Below, piece by piece: positions 54,872 through 62,824 of a stretch of DNA of 62,839 bases. Positions within the stretch are counted from its first letter, which is position 1. Each line of letters starts with the position of its first letter. The notes under the pieces were generated by a model. That model was not told the DNA's origin and made no database searches. It saw only the letters and a program-made list of their open reading frames with translations. A program made the translations under genes and the position numbers. This DNA comes from a virus (taxonomy: Duplodnaviria > Caudoviricetes). Where the stretch lies: positions 1 to 62,839 of IMG/VR virus record IMGVR_UViG_3300044844_000500; one strand, written 5' to 3'.

Positions 54872-55165
54872 CCCTGGTCCTCGGGCCTGGGTTCGCGGGC
54901 CGGGAGCCTGGGGACCCGAACCGCGTACCAGGGCGCTCGGTCCAGGGAGCTCGGGCGGTTCGGCCGGAGCTCGGGCCACGTACCAGGGAGCTCGGCGCGT
55001 GAGCTCGGCGCGTGAGCTCCAGGGCCGATTGCCTGCCGATTGCCCCGAAAAGAGCCAATCGAATCAAGCCATTATCACAATGCACGGCCTGGACGAATCA
55101 CACGCCAGGGCCGCGATACACGCGCCACGGGCCAGGGCCTGAGCGGGCCGGCTCGAGGGCCAAGC
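54872..55165. repeat. Non-coding short-repeat region (7-bp CCKYGRN array, CCAGGGAGCTCGG-type repeats); putative terminus/packaging region
   Basis: Six tandem heptamers 54872-54913; repeated GAGCTC units; G/C skew flips near 54700. Confidence 0.6.
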
Positions 55166-55238
55166 TCGGGCGACTAGGTAAAACGGCGGCCGGCCTGGAC
55201 GATCTCAGGCGGCCGGCCTAAATCGCGATACCTGGGCG

Positions 55239-55264
55239 AAAAAAAGCCCGCCGAGAGGGCGGGC
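55239..55264 (-). terminator. Intrinsic terminator after DUF932 gene
   Basis: GCCCGCC/GGCGGGC stem followed by T7. Confidence 0.85.
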
Positions 55265-55379
55265 CTGAGAGAGGAAAAGCGCTCCCGAGACTATGGGAAA
55301 AGAGCACCTAATCCGTGCAAAACCGCGAGGGCCACGGCAAGGCCCGCTAGGGCCCCGCCGATGATGTTGGCGTCCGGTT

Positions 55380-56474
55380 TCATGCGGCGACGAGCTCGAG
55401 AAGGTCGCCGGCCTGGGTTTCAAATTCGACACGGTCGGCCGTCCAGGGGATCGAGCGAGCGTAAGCCGTCGCGCCGGTTACCGCGTCCCAGAGAGTCTCA
55501 ATCGGGCGACCTTCGTCAAGAACGTGCGCATGCTCGATTCGCTGAGCGATACGCGGGCCGAATCGTTTTGCGAGCCAGTCTTGCGAGCGATCAAGCTTCG
55601 TCGCCTGGGCGGTCCGCAGCACTGTCTCGACGTTTTCCGCGCTCGAGTTTGCATAAGCGATCAATGCCGGCGCGGCCTGTTCGAGAAAGCGATCAGGCGC
55701 GCTCGCAGTGTGGCGAATCACAATCTCATCGAGCTCATGAGCACCCCACACAATTCGGTTTTCGCAAGCGTAATCGAAGAGAAAAGCTTTCAATCGGAAA
55801 GTGCCCGCGCCGGTTTCAGAATTCGACGCGAAAAACCCACGGGCGAGCGTGCCGGTTTTCCCGTCGCGCCGATTCGGGAGCTCGAGCCGATTTATTTCGT
55901 CGGCCAGGAAAACGAACATATCGCGATCGCCGGCGTAAAGCGTAGTGTTATCGGCCGTGACACTGTCCAGGGCCTTGCCCCGAATCCCGGGGACGCGCCA
56001 ATCGCCGCTCACCCCGTCGCCGAATCGATCAATTAGGGCTCGCACTACGTCAGAGTCCCAGATTCGCCCGTATTTGGGGCCCGTCGCCGCTCGCAACATG
56101 GGCTCGCCAGTCGAATCGCGCGACAGTAAAACGCCGATATCCTCGACGGCGCGGGTCTGCAATCCATAATCAATGCAATCGGCCGCGAGCGGCGCGGGTA
56201 GATCGCGAAGATAACCGGCCGGCGCGCCGGCGAGATTAGACAATTGCCCGAATGCCCAATGAGTCGGGGCAATCGGATTGCCTTTCGGGCCGACAATGGC
56301 CACGCCGGCGTTATCCTGGGTTGCGACGGCGCGAAGCGAGCGCGACGAAAGGACGGCCGCGCGACTGATTGCCTTGCGGGCTTCCATAGCGGCGAGCATA
56401 GCGGGCAGGGACGTGAAACGCTCTTCGGCCGGACGGGTTGCCCATTGGCGATTCGCTTGCATGAGTGTCGACAT
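55380..56474 (-). CDS. DUF932-family early protein
   Basis: QWA.RP..ERF.SL, YAGDRDMFVFL.D, RGFF..NSE.G, CENRIVWG, IRHT. Confidence 0.8.
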   Translation of the reverse strand: MSTLMQANRQWATRPAEERFTSLPAMLAAMEARKAISRAAVLSSRSLRAVATQDNAGVAIVGPKGNPIAPTHWAFGQLSNLAGAPAGYLRDLPAPLAADCIDYGLQTRAVEDIGVLLSRDSTGEPMLRAATGPKYGRIWDSDVVRALIDRFGDGVSGDWRVPGIRGKALDSVTADNTTLYAGDRDMFVFLADEINRLELPNRRDGKTGTLARGFFASNSETGAGTFRLKAFLFDYACENRIVWGAHELDEIVIRHTASAPDRFLEQAAPALIAYANSSAENVETVLRTAQATKLDRSQDWLAKRFGPRIAQRIEHAHVLDEGRPIETLWDAVTGATAYARSIPWTADRVEFETQAGDLLELVAA

Positions 56475-56524
56475 TTTGCATTCTCCAATCTAGGGTTACG
56501 CGGGCCGGATTGGCCCGCGAACAA

Positions 56525-56554
56525 ATAGTAACTCGAAAAAAAGTTAGTCGTCAA
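56525..56554 (-). promoter_or_regulatory. Early sigma70 promoter
   Basis: TTGACG-18 nt-TACTAT, then a GC hairpin and GGAG SD. Confidence 0.7.
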
Positions 56555-57315
56555 GCGGCGATCCGAACACGCTCGAAAGCGCGGGCGGCCGGACCATGCA
56601 CGATGATCGCAATCGACGCGCGGCCGGCATTCGAGCCCGCACCGTCGCAAGCTTGGCACTCAAGACACGTCCGACGGTTCCCTCTCTCAGGGCTCGCCGG
56701 GCATGCAATCTCACGAGCGGCGAGCGCTTCGCCTTCGGTCCGCACGCGAAAAACCCTCCAACCCAGCGAACGCGCGACGTCGCGATCGAGCGATGAATCG
56801 GCGCTCGCCATGACGATATCGCGAAAGTCGGCCGCGACGAGTTTTCGCCATTGGTGGGTGTATCCCGTATGCCCTGAAGCTTGCGCCAATAACGCGCGCC
56901 AGATATGCGCAGGGATCGCGGCCGGATCGCCATATGTGCCAAGTCGGACCGCGCGGCCGGCGAGCGCTTGCGCACCGTCGGCCGGATCGATCAAGGGATA
57001 CGCGCCGCGAATCCATGCGCCGAACACGGACGCGACGGATTGGCCAACATTGACGTAACACGTCCGAACACGCTTCGAGCGCTTGCGGCCGCGCTTGTCA
57101 ATGGTTTCGACGGTGCGAGCGCGGTGCATACAATCGCCGCATATGCTCGAATCCTCCCCTGTGCGGATCGCGTCGACCGGGTGCACGTCCGATCGAATAA
57201 TGTAGGTTTGCACCATGTCGCCGGTTTTGCGATTACTCGAGCGCAAAACGGCAATTCCGACAATAGGCGCACCGTCGAGCATCGACGGACCATCATAAAA
57301 AACAAAGCTTTTCAT
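56551..57315 (-). CDS. Cys-rich Fe-S / radical-SAM-like early protein
   Basis: N.KTGDMVQTYI, CGDC.HR...CYV, RLG.YGDP, GYTHQW, CP...CxxCxxC; ATG with AGAAAGGA SD. Confidence 0.75.
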   Translation of the reverse strand: MKSFVFYDGPSMLDGAPIVGIAVLRSSNRKTGDMVQTYIIRSDVHPVDAIRTGEDSSICGDCMHRARTVETIDKRGRKRSKRVRTCYVNVGQSVASVFGAWIRGAYPLIDPADGAQALAGRAVRLGTYGDPAAIPAHIWRALLAQASGHTGYTHQWRKLVAADFRDIVMASADSSLDRDVARSLGWRVFRVRTEGEALAAREIACPASPERGNRRTCLECQACDGAGSNAGRASIAIIVHGPAARAFERVRIAA

Positions 57316-57372
57316 TGTGCGATCCTTTCTAACTTTCTCTCGGCGGCCACGGAATGCGGCTGCACAATCGGA

Positions 57373-57401
57373 AGCATACCGGGCTATTTTAAAAAATGCA
57401 A
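57373..57401 (-). promoter_or_regulatory. Early sigma70 promoter
   Basis: TTGCAT-17 nt-TATGCT. Confidence 0.65.
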
Positions 57402-57445
57402 AGCCCGGCACGCGGCCGGGCTCGAGCGGCGCCAGGGCGGCCGAG

Positions 57446-57646
57446 TCAGGCCGGCACCCTCACCCATTGCAGGCCGTACACGCTCGGGAAGTACTCTCCC
57501 CCTCCCCGCGTGTATACGCGGCCGGTCGAGCCTGGATGATGAGGCGGCCGCGCGTATTCAATGACGTCACGCCTGCCGCGAAAGCTTACTGCGTCACGCG
57601 GCAGTGTGGCCAGCTGGCCATCTTCGGTTCTAAGTTCCCATTGCAT
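57446..57646 (-). CDS. Small early protein
   Basis: PPHHPGSTGRVY...EYFPSVY.L.W; AAGGAGG SD. Confidence 0.75.
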   Translation of the reverse strand: MQWELRTEDGQLATLPRDAVSFRGRRDVIEYARPPHHPGSTGRVYTRGGGEYFPSVYGLQWVRVPA

Positions 57647-57658
57647 GGTGGTCCCTCC

Positions 57659-58093
57659 TTAGATTGAAAGCTTGACAGTGTTTTCGCTGAAAAAATCAGA
57701 TATCGCGCCCTCAAGGTCGATATGCTCCGCGATGCTATCCAGGTCAAATTCCCCCGCGAGCTCCGACAAGTCGATTCCACTGACAATTTCGCTATAGTCC
57801 AGGACTTCGGACCAGTCTACGCATTCAAGCAGATCAGGCAATGAGATATTGCGCGCGATGGTGCGGAGCTGGGCGTCAGTCAGGAAGCCTGCGAGCTCAT
57901 GAACCGAAGCACGCTCGATCGCCTGCTCTTCGGGCCTGTCCCGCAACATCCGAATTTCACCCAGGGCCCCGTCCAGCAGGCGGCCTTGCGACTCGAGGGC
58001 CTGCTCAAGCTGAACAATGCGCAACTGCAACGGATCAGTGAAAAGCGCAATGTAATCGCGCAGCGCACTGGAAAAAACAGCGTTCAAGTCCAT
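57659..58093 (-). CDS. Acidic early protein with about 9-aa hDhxxh repeats
   Basis: Coiled coil + VDWSEVL/IDLSELAGE/FDLDSIAEH/IDLEGAISD. Confidence 0.75.
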   Translation of the reverse strand: MDLNAVFSSALRDYIALFTDPLQLRIVQLEQALESQGRLLDGALGEIRMLRDRPEEQAIERASVHELAGFLTDAQLRTIARNISLPDLLECVDWSEVLDYSEIVSGIDLSELAGEFDLDSIAEHIDLEGAISDFFSENTVKLSI

Positions 58094-58142
58094 GATGTAC
58101 CTTTCTCTCTTTCTAGACAGCCCTCCGCGAGGGCCAGACTCA

Positions 58143-58172
58143 ATTGCAGCACGAAATCAAAACCAGTGTCAA
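58143..58172 (-). promoter_or_regulatory. Early sigma70 promoter
   Basis: TTGACA-18 nt-TGCAAT, then hairpin GCCCTC/GAGGGC and purine-rich SD. Confidence 0.7.
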
Positions 58173-58175
58173 GCG

Positions 58176-58364
58176 CTACCTTCTGCGGTTGCCTGTCATC
58201 GCCTGGATGATGCCGTGCCATAGAAGAAACAAAGCAAGCTTTCCTATCTCCCGCCATGTCCGATGCTGGGCAGCACGGCGGGCCTCTTCGTCAATCTCCT
58301 TTCTTCTCCTCTGGTTCTGAATCGCATCTCGAATGTGTGGAGGCCATCGCACAGGCCGCTTCAC
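58176..58364 (-). CDS. Small hypothetical protein
   Basis: GTGA-coupled to upstream gene; hydrophobic C-terminus. Confidence 0.5.
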   Translation of the reverse strand: MKRPVRWPPHIRDAIQNQRRRKEIDEEARRAAQHRTWREIGKLALFLLWHGIIQAMTGNRRR

Positions 58365-58681
58365 ATTCCAATGCCCTGCGGGATCTCTACCTCATCCCCT
58401 AGTTTGTTGGCGACATAGCAGCGCATTGCTGCAATGAGGGGGGTGGGGCCGGTGATCCCGTCCTGACCCACCTGACGGCTGTGTGCAACCCACAACGTGC
58501 CGTGCTCCCGCGCATCGATGGTGATGCGCTCTCGCTCAATGATCGGTCCTCCCTGCCTCCAATCCGACGAATAGTTGCAGTCAACACGACAGTTACGCCA
58601 AACAAACTCGAAATTGATTTCGTAGTTCGCTCGAGTCACCGCCCAGTCGAGAGCGCGGCCGGTCAGTTCACTTGTCTTCAT
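58361..58681 (-). CDS. NinX/DUF2591-like protein
   Basis: ELTG.ALDWAV...YSSDW.QGGPIIERE.I...GPTPLIAAMR. Confidence 0.8.
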   Translation of the reverse strand: MKTSELTGRALDWAVTRANYEINFEFVWRNCRVDCNYSSDWRQGGPIIERERITIDAREHGTLWVAHSRQVGQDGITGPTPLIAAMRCYVANKLGDEVEIPQGIGM

Positions 58682-58700
58682 CTTCTTTCTCCTATCCTCA

Positions 58701-59402
58701 TCAAGGACGACCATCTCTGCCGACCCAGCCCATGCCAGCGTAATCGTTGGGGTCTTCATGCTCGGGCAGTTCCTTGCGCCATGCCTTGATTTCCCAATCA
58801 CCGATACGCAGCGAATGTGTCTTGCGGCGACCGAACGCCCAGTCGTTCGCAAACTTCTCGAATGCCGCGACCGTCTCGACGGGTATGTCCGGATGCGGTA
58901 CGCCGACGGTGTCGTCTGCGCCATCGTACTGCCAGCCCCACCAGTGATAGCTGTCACCCGGAGGTGATATGTCTTCACCCCAGCCGATGTTGACTAGGTA
59001 GGTCTCGACCCACGATAACAGTGGCACCCCCTCTGCGGCCTCTTGATGTTTCAAAATACTAAATCCTTCGTAGGTCTGGTTGATGTCCCGGTCAATCTCG
59101 GCTTCCTCCCATGCCTGAGCCACCGCTTCCGCGACCGATTCAAGCGTTGCCTCGCTTGCGGTTACGCCCCCGTTCCCACAGGTGTCGAAGTCATCCGATA
59201 CGCTAGCCTCAACCTGAATGAACTTGCCATCGAGCGAGTAGATGCGGGCGCTGGCGATCTCTTTCTTACTTGAGTACCACCCGGTATCGAACGGGGCACC
59301 GTCGGCAAGTGCAGCGGCGAGCGCAGCCTCTTTCTCCGGATACCAATCTGACAGACCACAATGTGCTCCGTCGCCGTGCTGAAATGCTTCTAGCTTTTTC
59401 AT
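58701..59402 (-). CDS. Acidic Trp-rich hypothetical protein
   Basis: ATG 59402 after GAGAAAGAAG; FDTGWYSSKKEI. Confidence 0.7.
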   Translation of the reverse strand: MKKLEAFQHGDGAHCGLSDWYPEKEAALAAALADGAPFDTGWYSSKKEIASARIYSLDGKFIQVEASVSDDFDTCGNGGVTASEATLESVAEAVAQAWEEAEIDRDINQTYEGFSILKHQEAAEGVPLLSWVETYLVNIGWGEDISPPGDSYHWWGWQYDGADDTVGVPHPDIPVETVAAFEKFANDWAFGRRKTHSLRIGDWEIKAWRKELPEHEDPNDYAGMGWVGRDGRP

Positions 59403-59458
59403 CTTCTTTCTCACTTTCTGACCCCTCGAGCACCATTGCCTGAGGACGAATCGCCAGT

Positions 59459-59896
59459 CTACCCATCAATCGGCTGGCCTGTCAACAGCACGTGCTTGAC
59501 CATCGGCCACTGTACCCCCAGCCATGGCCAACGGGCCAACGGCTCGGCCTTAACGCCCAGTTTATGCACGTCCATGATTTGGTCACCACCATACACCAAG
59601 AGCTCAGACTCTTTACGCTTCCCAACAGGCGCATACAGCACCAGGACAAAGGTCGGGCACCGCATGTCCGCGTGCTTCAGATGAAAGGCGATCTGATGCG
59701 GCGATAGATTTACCTTCAGCCCCCTGCTGACAACCTTGAGCTCTACCATCACAAACTCGCCCGAGCGCTTGAACGCGATCAGGCAGTCAGGGATGCCGAG
59801 GCCTACCCTACTTTCGATTCGGGTTAAATGGCAATCGGACGCTGAGAGGTTGTCTCTCAGCCGCCGATACAGGGCGCTTTCTGGCTTCGCTGGCAT
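59459..59896 (-). CDS. Holliday junction resolvase / VRR-NUC-like nuclease
   Basis: PES, RIE...GIPD, VELK, LSPHQIAFH. Confidence 0.85.
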   Translation of the reverse strand: MPAKPESALYRRLRDNLSASDCHLTRIESRVGLGIPDCLIAFKRSGEFVMVELKVVSRGLKVNLSPHQIAFHLKHADMRCPTFVLVLYAPVGKRKESELLVYGGDQIMDVHKLGVKAEPLARWPWLGVQWPMVKHVLLTGQPIDG

Positions 59897-60578
59897 CTTC
59901 CCCTTCTCCTTTGCTTTCAAGCGCTCCTGGAGCCTCCTGGAGGCCTTCGGGGGCGTCTTCAACCGGGTCGGTATCCGGCAGCTCTCGCACGTCAACGCTC
60001 TCGCGCACCTGATCAGGCGTGATATCGATGATCGGGCCGCCATTGCCTCCCCCGTAAAGCTTTTTGATCTCCTCCAGCTTGCGCATGACCTCCTCCTTGC
60101 TCATGGAGTCGATCGTGCCGTGCCTGATCTCCTTGCGGTCGATATAAATCGTCCCAAGGGCCTGCCCGCGCCTGTATTCGGCCTGGACGGCCGCGCCATA
60201 CGCGCCAGCGGCCAAAGCCTGATCCCTGATCACCTGCAAGTCCCGCATGTGCCGCTCATACGTGGTGCCGTACTTCTCGCCCAGCTCCCTGCGCCGCTCC
60301 TGGATCGCAGCCACGATATGCGGGCTCTTGTCCGGATCCGTGAGCTCTCTTGCCCTGGCCCTTGCCCAGGTCTCAGCGTAGCCGGCTCGTAAAGCCGCCT
60401 CCTTCAGGGTAACGTGCCCCTCGCCCGCGACAAACTCTTCAACAAACTTCCATTCCTGCGGCGACAGCACTTTAGGTTTGACAACTTTGACAGGCCGGTT
60501 GATACGCTCTTCAACGCGCTCATCACGGCGACCTAACTTCTTGCCCTGCATGAACTGATCATCTCTTGATGGCATCAC
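59808..60578 (-). CDS. terS: Terminase small subunit
   Basis: HTH FVEEFV...EAALRAGY; A...GAYGAAVQAE..RG. Confidence 0.8.
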   Translation of the reverse strand: MMPSRDDQFMQGKKLGRRDERVEERINRPVKVVKPKVLSPQEWKFVEEFVAGEGHVTLKEAALRAGYAETWARARARELTDPDKSPHIVAAIQERRRELGEKYGTTYERHMRDLQVIRDQALAAGAYGAAVQAEYRRGQALGTIYIDRKEIRHGTIDSMSKEEVMRKLEEIKKLYGGGNGGPIIDITPDQVRESVDVRELPDTDPVEDAPEGLQEAPGALESKGEGEDASEARKRPVSAAERQPLSVRLPFNPNRK

Positions 60579-60597
60579 CGGCCTCCCAGCTTAACAA

Positions 60598-60816
60598 TCA
60601 GCTAACGCGCCAGAATCGCCAGCCCTTGTCAACTCGACGACAGGCAAACTTATGTCCACTGCGTTTGCTGTAGACATAGGCAGCCGCACGTGCGTTCTTT
60701 ACTACATCCTCATCAGTCACTACAAAGCTGTCACCGATCTCCATCAAACGAAACGGATAAACAGACCCAGACTGTCGGACCTCGGGCAGTGGTACACCTT
60801 TCTCAACTTCAAACAT
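60598..60816 (-). CDS. Small putative DNA-binding protein
   Basis: VEKGVPLP...YPF..MEIGDSF...RFWRV. Confidence 0.75.
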   Translation of the reverse strand: MFEVEKGVPLPEVRQSGSVYPFRLMEIGDSFVVTDEDVVKNARAAAYVYSKRSGHKFACRRVDKGWRFWRVS

Positions 60817-60899
60817 TCTCTTTCTCCTCTATGGCAACCCAGGCAGGATTGCCAGGGCAGAGCTCCATCATACCAAAAAGCGCGTTTTAGTAGTCCCTG

Positions 60900-61135
60900 T
60901 GGCCAAAAAAATAAAAACAAAAATCAACTACCTGCGCGCGCGCGATCCCCAGAAGAATTTCACCTGTTTACCTATATGTAATGCAGTGTAGAGTTCTAAG
61001 CCATTGATTTGATTGATCTATTACGTCCATTACGGCATTACGCTCATTTTTCAAAAAAAAAAAAAAAAAAAAGAAAAAAACAGCCCGGGGGGGACGATTT
61101 TGGCTTTTTTGCCCTTGTCCCTTGATCCGCGCCCC
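60900..61135. other. AT-rich origin-like intergenic region
   Basis: IHF consensus 60997-61009, ATTACG x3 (61020-61042), A20-G-A7 tract (61053-61080). Confidence 0.5.
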
Positions 61136-61220
61136 TCGAACCCCTTAAAATGCGCAGGGCTCGGATGCTTCCAACACCCGAGCCCCACTTTCCACCCCAT
61201 CGTTTTGAAGGAACGACAGC

Positions 61221-61493
61221 ATGAACACTGACTATCTTATCCTAATCAAGAACCTGTACCGCTACAACGCCCAGAACGGCCAGATCTATCTTCAGCCTCA
61301 TGTTTCGGGGGGCAGGCGGGCCTATCTTCGCAGGTGTCCCAGTAATGTTTACCAACTGCGCGTAGGCTATGACTATTTAAAGGTTCAAGATGTTGTTTGG
61401 TTCTTGGTCCATGGAACATGGCCAGAGTCTACGGTTAAGCATCGAAACGGTTGTTGGTGGGACAACCGCATCGAGAACCTCACCCTCAATTGA
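61221..61493 (+). CDS. HNH endonuclease-like protein, possibly degenerate
   Basis: W.LVHG.WP...HRNG...DNRIENL. Confidence 0.7.
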   Translation: MNTDYLILIKNLYRYNAQNGQIYLQPHVSGGRRAYLRRCPSNVYQLRVGYDYLKVQDVVWFLVHGTWPESTVKHRNGCWWDNRIENLTLN

Positions 61494-61734
61494 CATCCTC
61501 CCCCTCAAGGTAGCTTCCCTGCAAAAGCTTGAGAGCTTGTGAAGCTTCGACGACTTCACCGAAGGTGATGTCATACACGTTGACTGAGCCTTCCTGTTCG
61601 AACAGTTCCTCGATCACGGGTCCGATGTAGAGGTGCTTGACTCCATTGATAGTGATGGTGACAAACTGCACCAGTTTGACATCTTTGTCCATACCGAGCA
61701 GTCGCTGGAGTCCGTCGAGAAGGTTGGGTTGCAT
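61486..61734 (-). CDS. Hypothetical protein
   Basis: 82-aa ORF in operon. Confidence 0.6.
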   Translation of the reverse strand: MQPNLLDGLQRLLGMDKDVKLVQFVTITINGVKHLYIGPVIEELFEQEGSVNVYDITFGEVVEASQALKLLQGSYLEGEDVN

Positions 61735-61736
61735 GA

Positions 61737-61985
61737 TTAGCCTTTACGAGTTTTGTCTGACAGGGCCAAGTCCAAGGTAAACCGTTCGATCATATCTTCG
61801 AGGCTGGCGATCGTCTTCTGCGCGGATTTGAGCTGATCTGCGAGGATTTCGAGCTGGATGTTTTGGACCTCGATCCGTCGTCGAAGTTCGTTGACGTATT
61901 CTTGGAGGCCCTGGTCCGTGATCCGTGATGGGGGATTCTCGGTCGAATTCAATGCGGGGCGCAGGGCTGTGGTTTGTGTGCTCAT
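61737..61985 (-). CDS. Coiled-coil hypothetical protein
   Basis: ATG 61985 overlapping upstream stop. Confidence 0.65.
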   Translation of the reverse strand: MSTQTTALRPALNSTENPPSRITDQGLQEYVNELRRRIEVQNIQLEILADQLKSAQKTIASLEDMIERFTLDLALSDKTRKG

Positions 61986-62239
61986 GTGTTTTTCTCCTTC
62001 AGCTTTGCTTCTGCCCACCAGACTGCCGACTCAAAGGCCTGCTCGGACACCCAGGATTCTTTTTTGCCCTGTTCGATCTCCTCCTCCGTCAGCCCAACCC
62101 ACGGTTTTTTAAACGCCCGGTGCGGTGTGACAACCAGTGGCGCTGAAGCATCCCAAGTCACGAGGTCTGGGCATTTGCAGGTGCTTGCTGTTCCAAGCTC
62201 CCAGCGTTCGCCGCAGGCATTACACTGACCGTAGAACAT
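61982..62239 (-). CDS. WVGLT-family modular protein with N-terminal CxxC..CxC
   Basis: KPWVGLTEEEI...AEAKLKEKN. Confidence 0.75.
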   Translation of the reverse strand: MFYGQCNACGERWELGTASTCKCPDLVTWDASAPLVVTPHRAFKKPWVGLTEEEIEQGKKESWVSEQAFESAVWWAEAKLKEKNT

Positions 62240-62600
62240 CGTTCTTCTCCTTTAGCTTTGCATCGACTATATAAATTAACGCCTGCCAGTTGGTTCTATC
62301 GCCGAACGTCACTCGATTAACCAGCGCACGCGCTTCGTCGTCTGTAAGCTCGACCCATTGGCGCGGTGCTGCCGTCCGTTTAAGTTCAGCTCTCAGCCTC
62401 TGAATCTCATCCAGCATTTCAGCAAACTTTTCGTCGTATGCCTTTACCGTGTCCCAGTCAGGCTTAAAGTCGTTAATTGATTGTGGTGCTGTGTAGAGGG
62501 GCGTTCCGACTGGCGGTACATAGCTGATGTAGTCAACCTCGCCACGCTCATTCAGAACTTCGCCTACCGGCTTCTGATTCATGTTGTGATCGCCACTCAT
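62220..62600 (-). CDS. WVGLT-family modular protein
   Basis: QKPV...PLYTAP...PRQWVELTDDE...AKLKEKN. Confidence 0.75.
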   Translation of the reverse strand: MSGDHNMNQKPVGEVLNERGEVDYISYVPPVGTPLYTAPQSINDFKPDWDTVKAYDEKFAEMLDEIQRLRAELKRTAAPRQWVELTDDEARALVNRVTFGDRTNWQALIYIVDAKLKEKNDVLRSV

Positions 62601-62824
62601 GATGCGTACCCGTCCTTAATAATCTTCGCCTTCGCCTCTTCAATCGCGCCGATCAAACTCAGCCTGTCTTGCTGCATAGACGTTTTAATCATGAATTGAT
62701 TGCGAGCTTTCCAGAACAGCATCACTACAACTGTGTCCGGGTTCTCGTCCATCGCCTCTTGCAAAACCTCGTGTGCAGATTCTTTGTATTGGTTGGGAAT
62801 GTCTACAGGTTTGATGTTAGCCAT
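62597..62824 (-). CDS. Hypothetical protein
   Basis: ATG 62824 with GAGGTG SD. Confidence 0.65.
   Translation of the reverse strand: MANIKPVDIPNQYKESAHEVLQEAMDENPDTVVVMLFWKARNQFMIKTSMQQDRLSLIGAIEEAKAKIIKDGYAS

Noticed and set aside
54872-55165. Short repeats as a CRISPR array
   Set aside because: Units are 7-13 bp and degenerate, with no regular unique spacers and no cas genes.
54672-55432. ORFs called in the repeat region upstream of terL
   Set aside because: Pro/Arg/Gly low-complexity translations of DNA repeats with no convincing SD; treated as non-coding.
58682-58978. N-terminal extension of the 58361 ORF, and similar extensions of the 799, 1047, 40257 and 45820 ORFs
   Set aside because: They overlap upstream genes; internal ATGs with SD or ATGA coupling are better starts.
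61013-61231. 72-aa ORF containing poly-Lys
   Set aside because: Arises from translating the A tract; no SD or coding signal.
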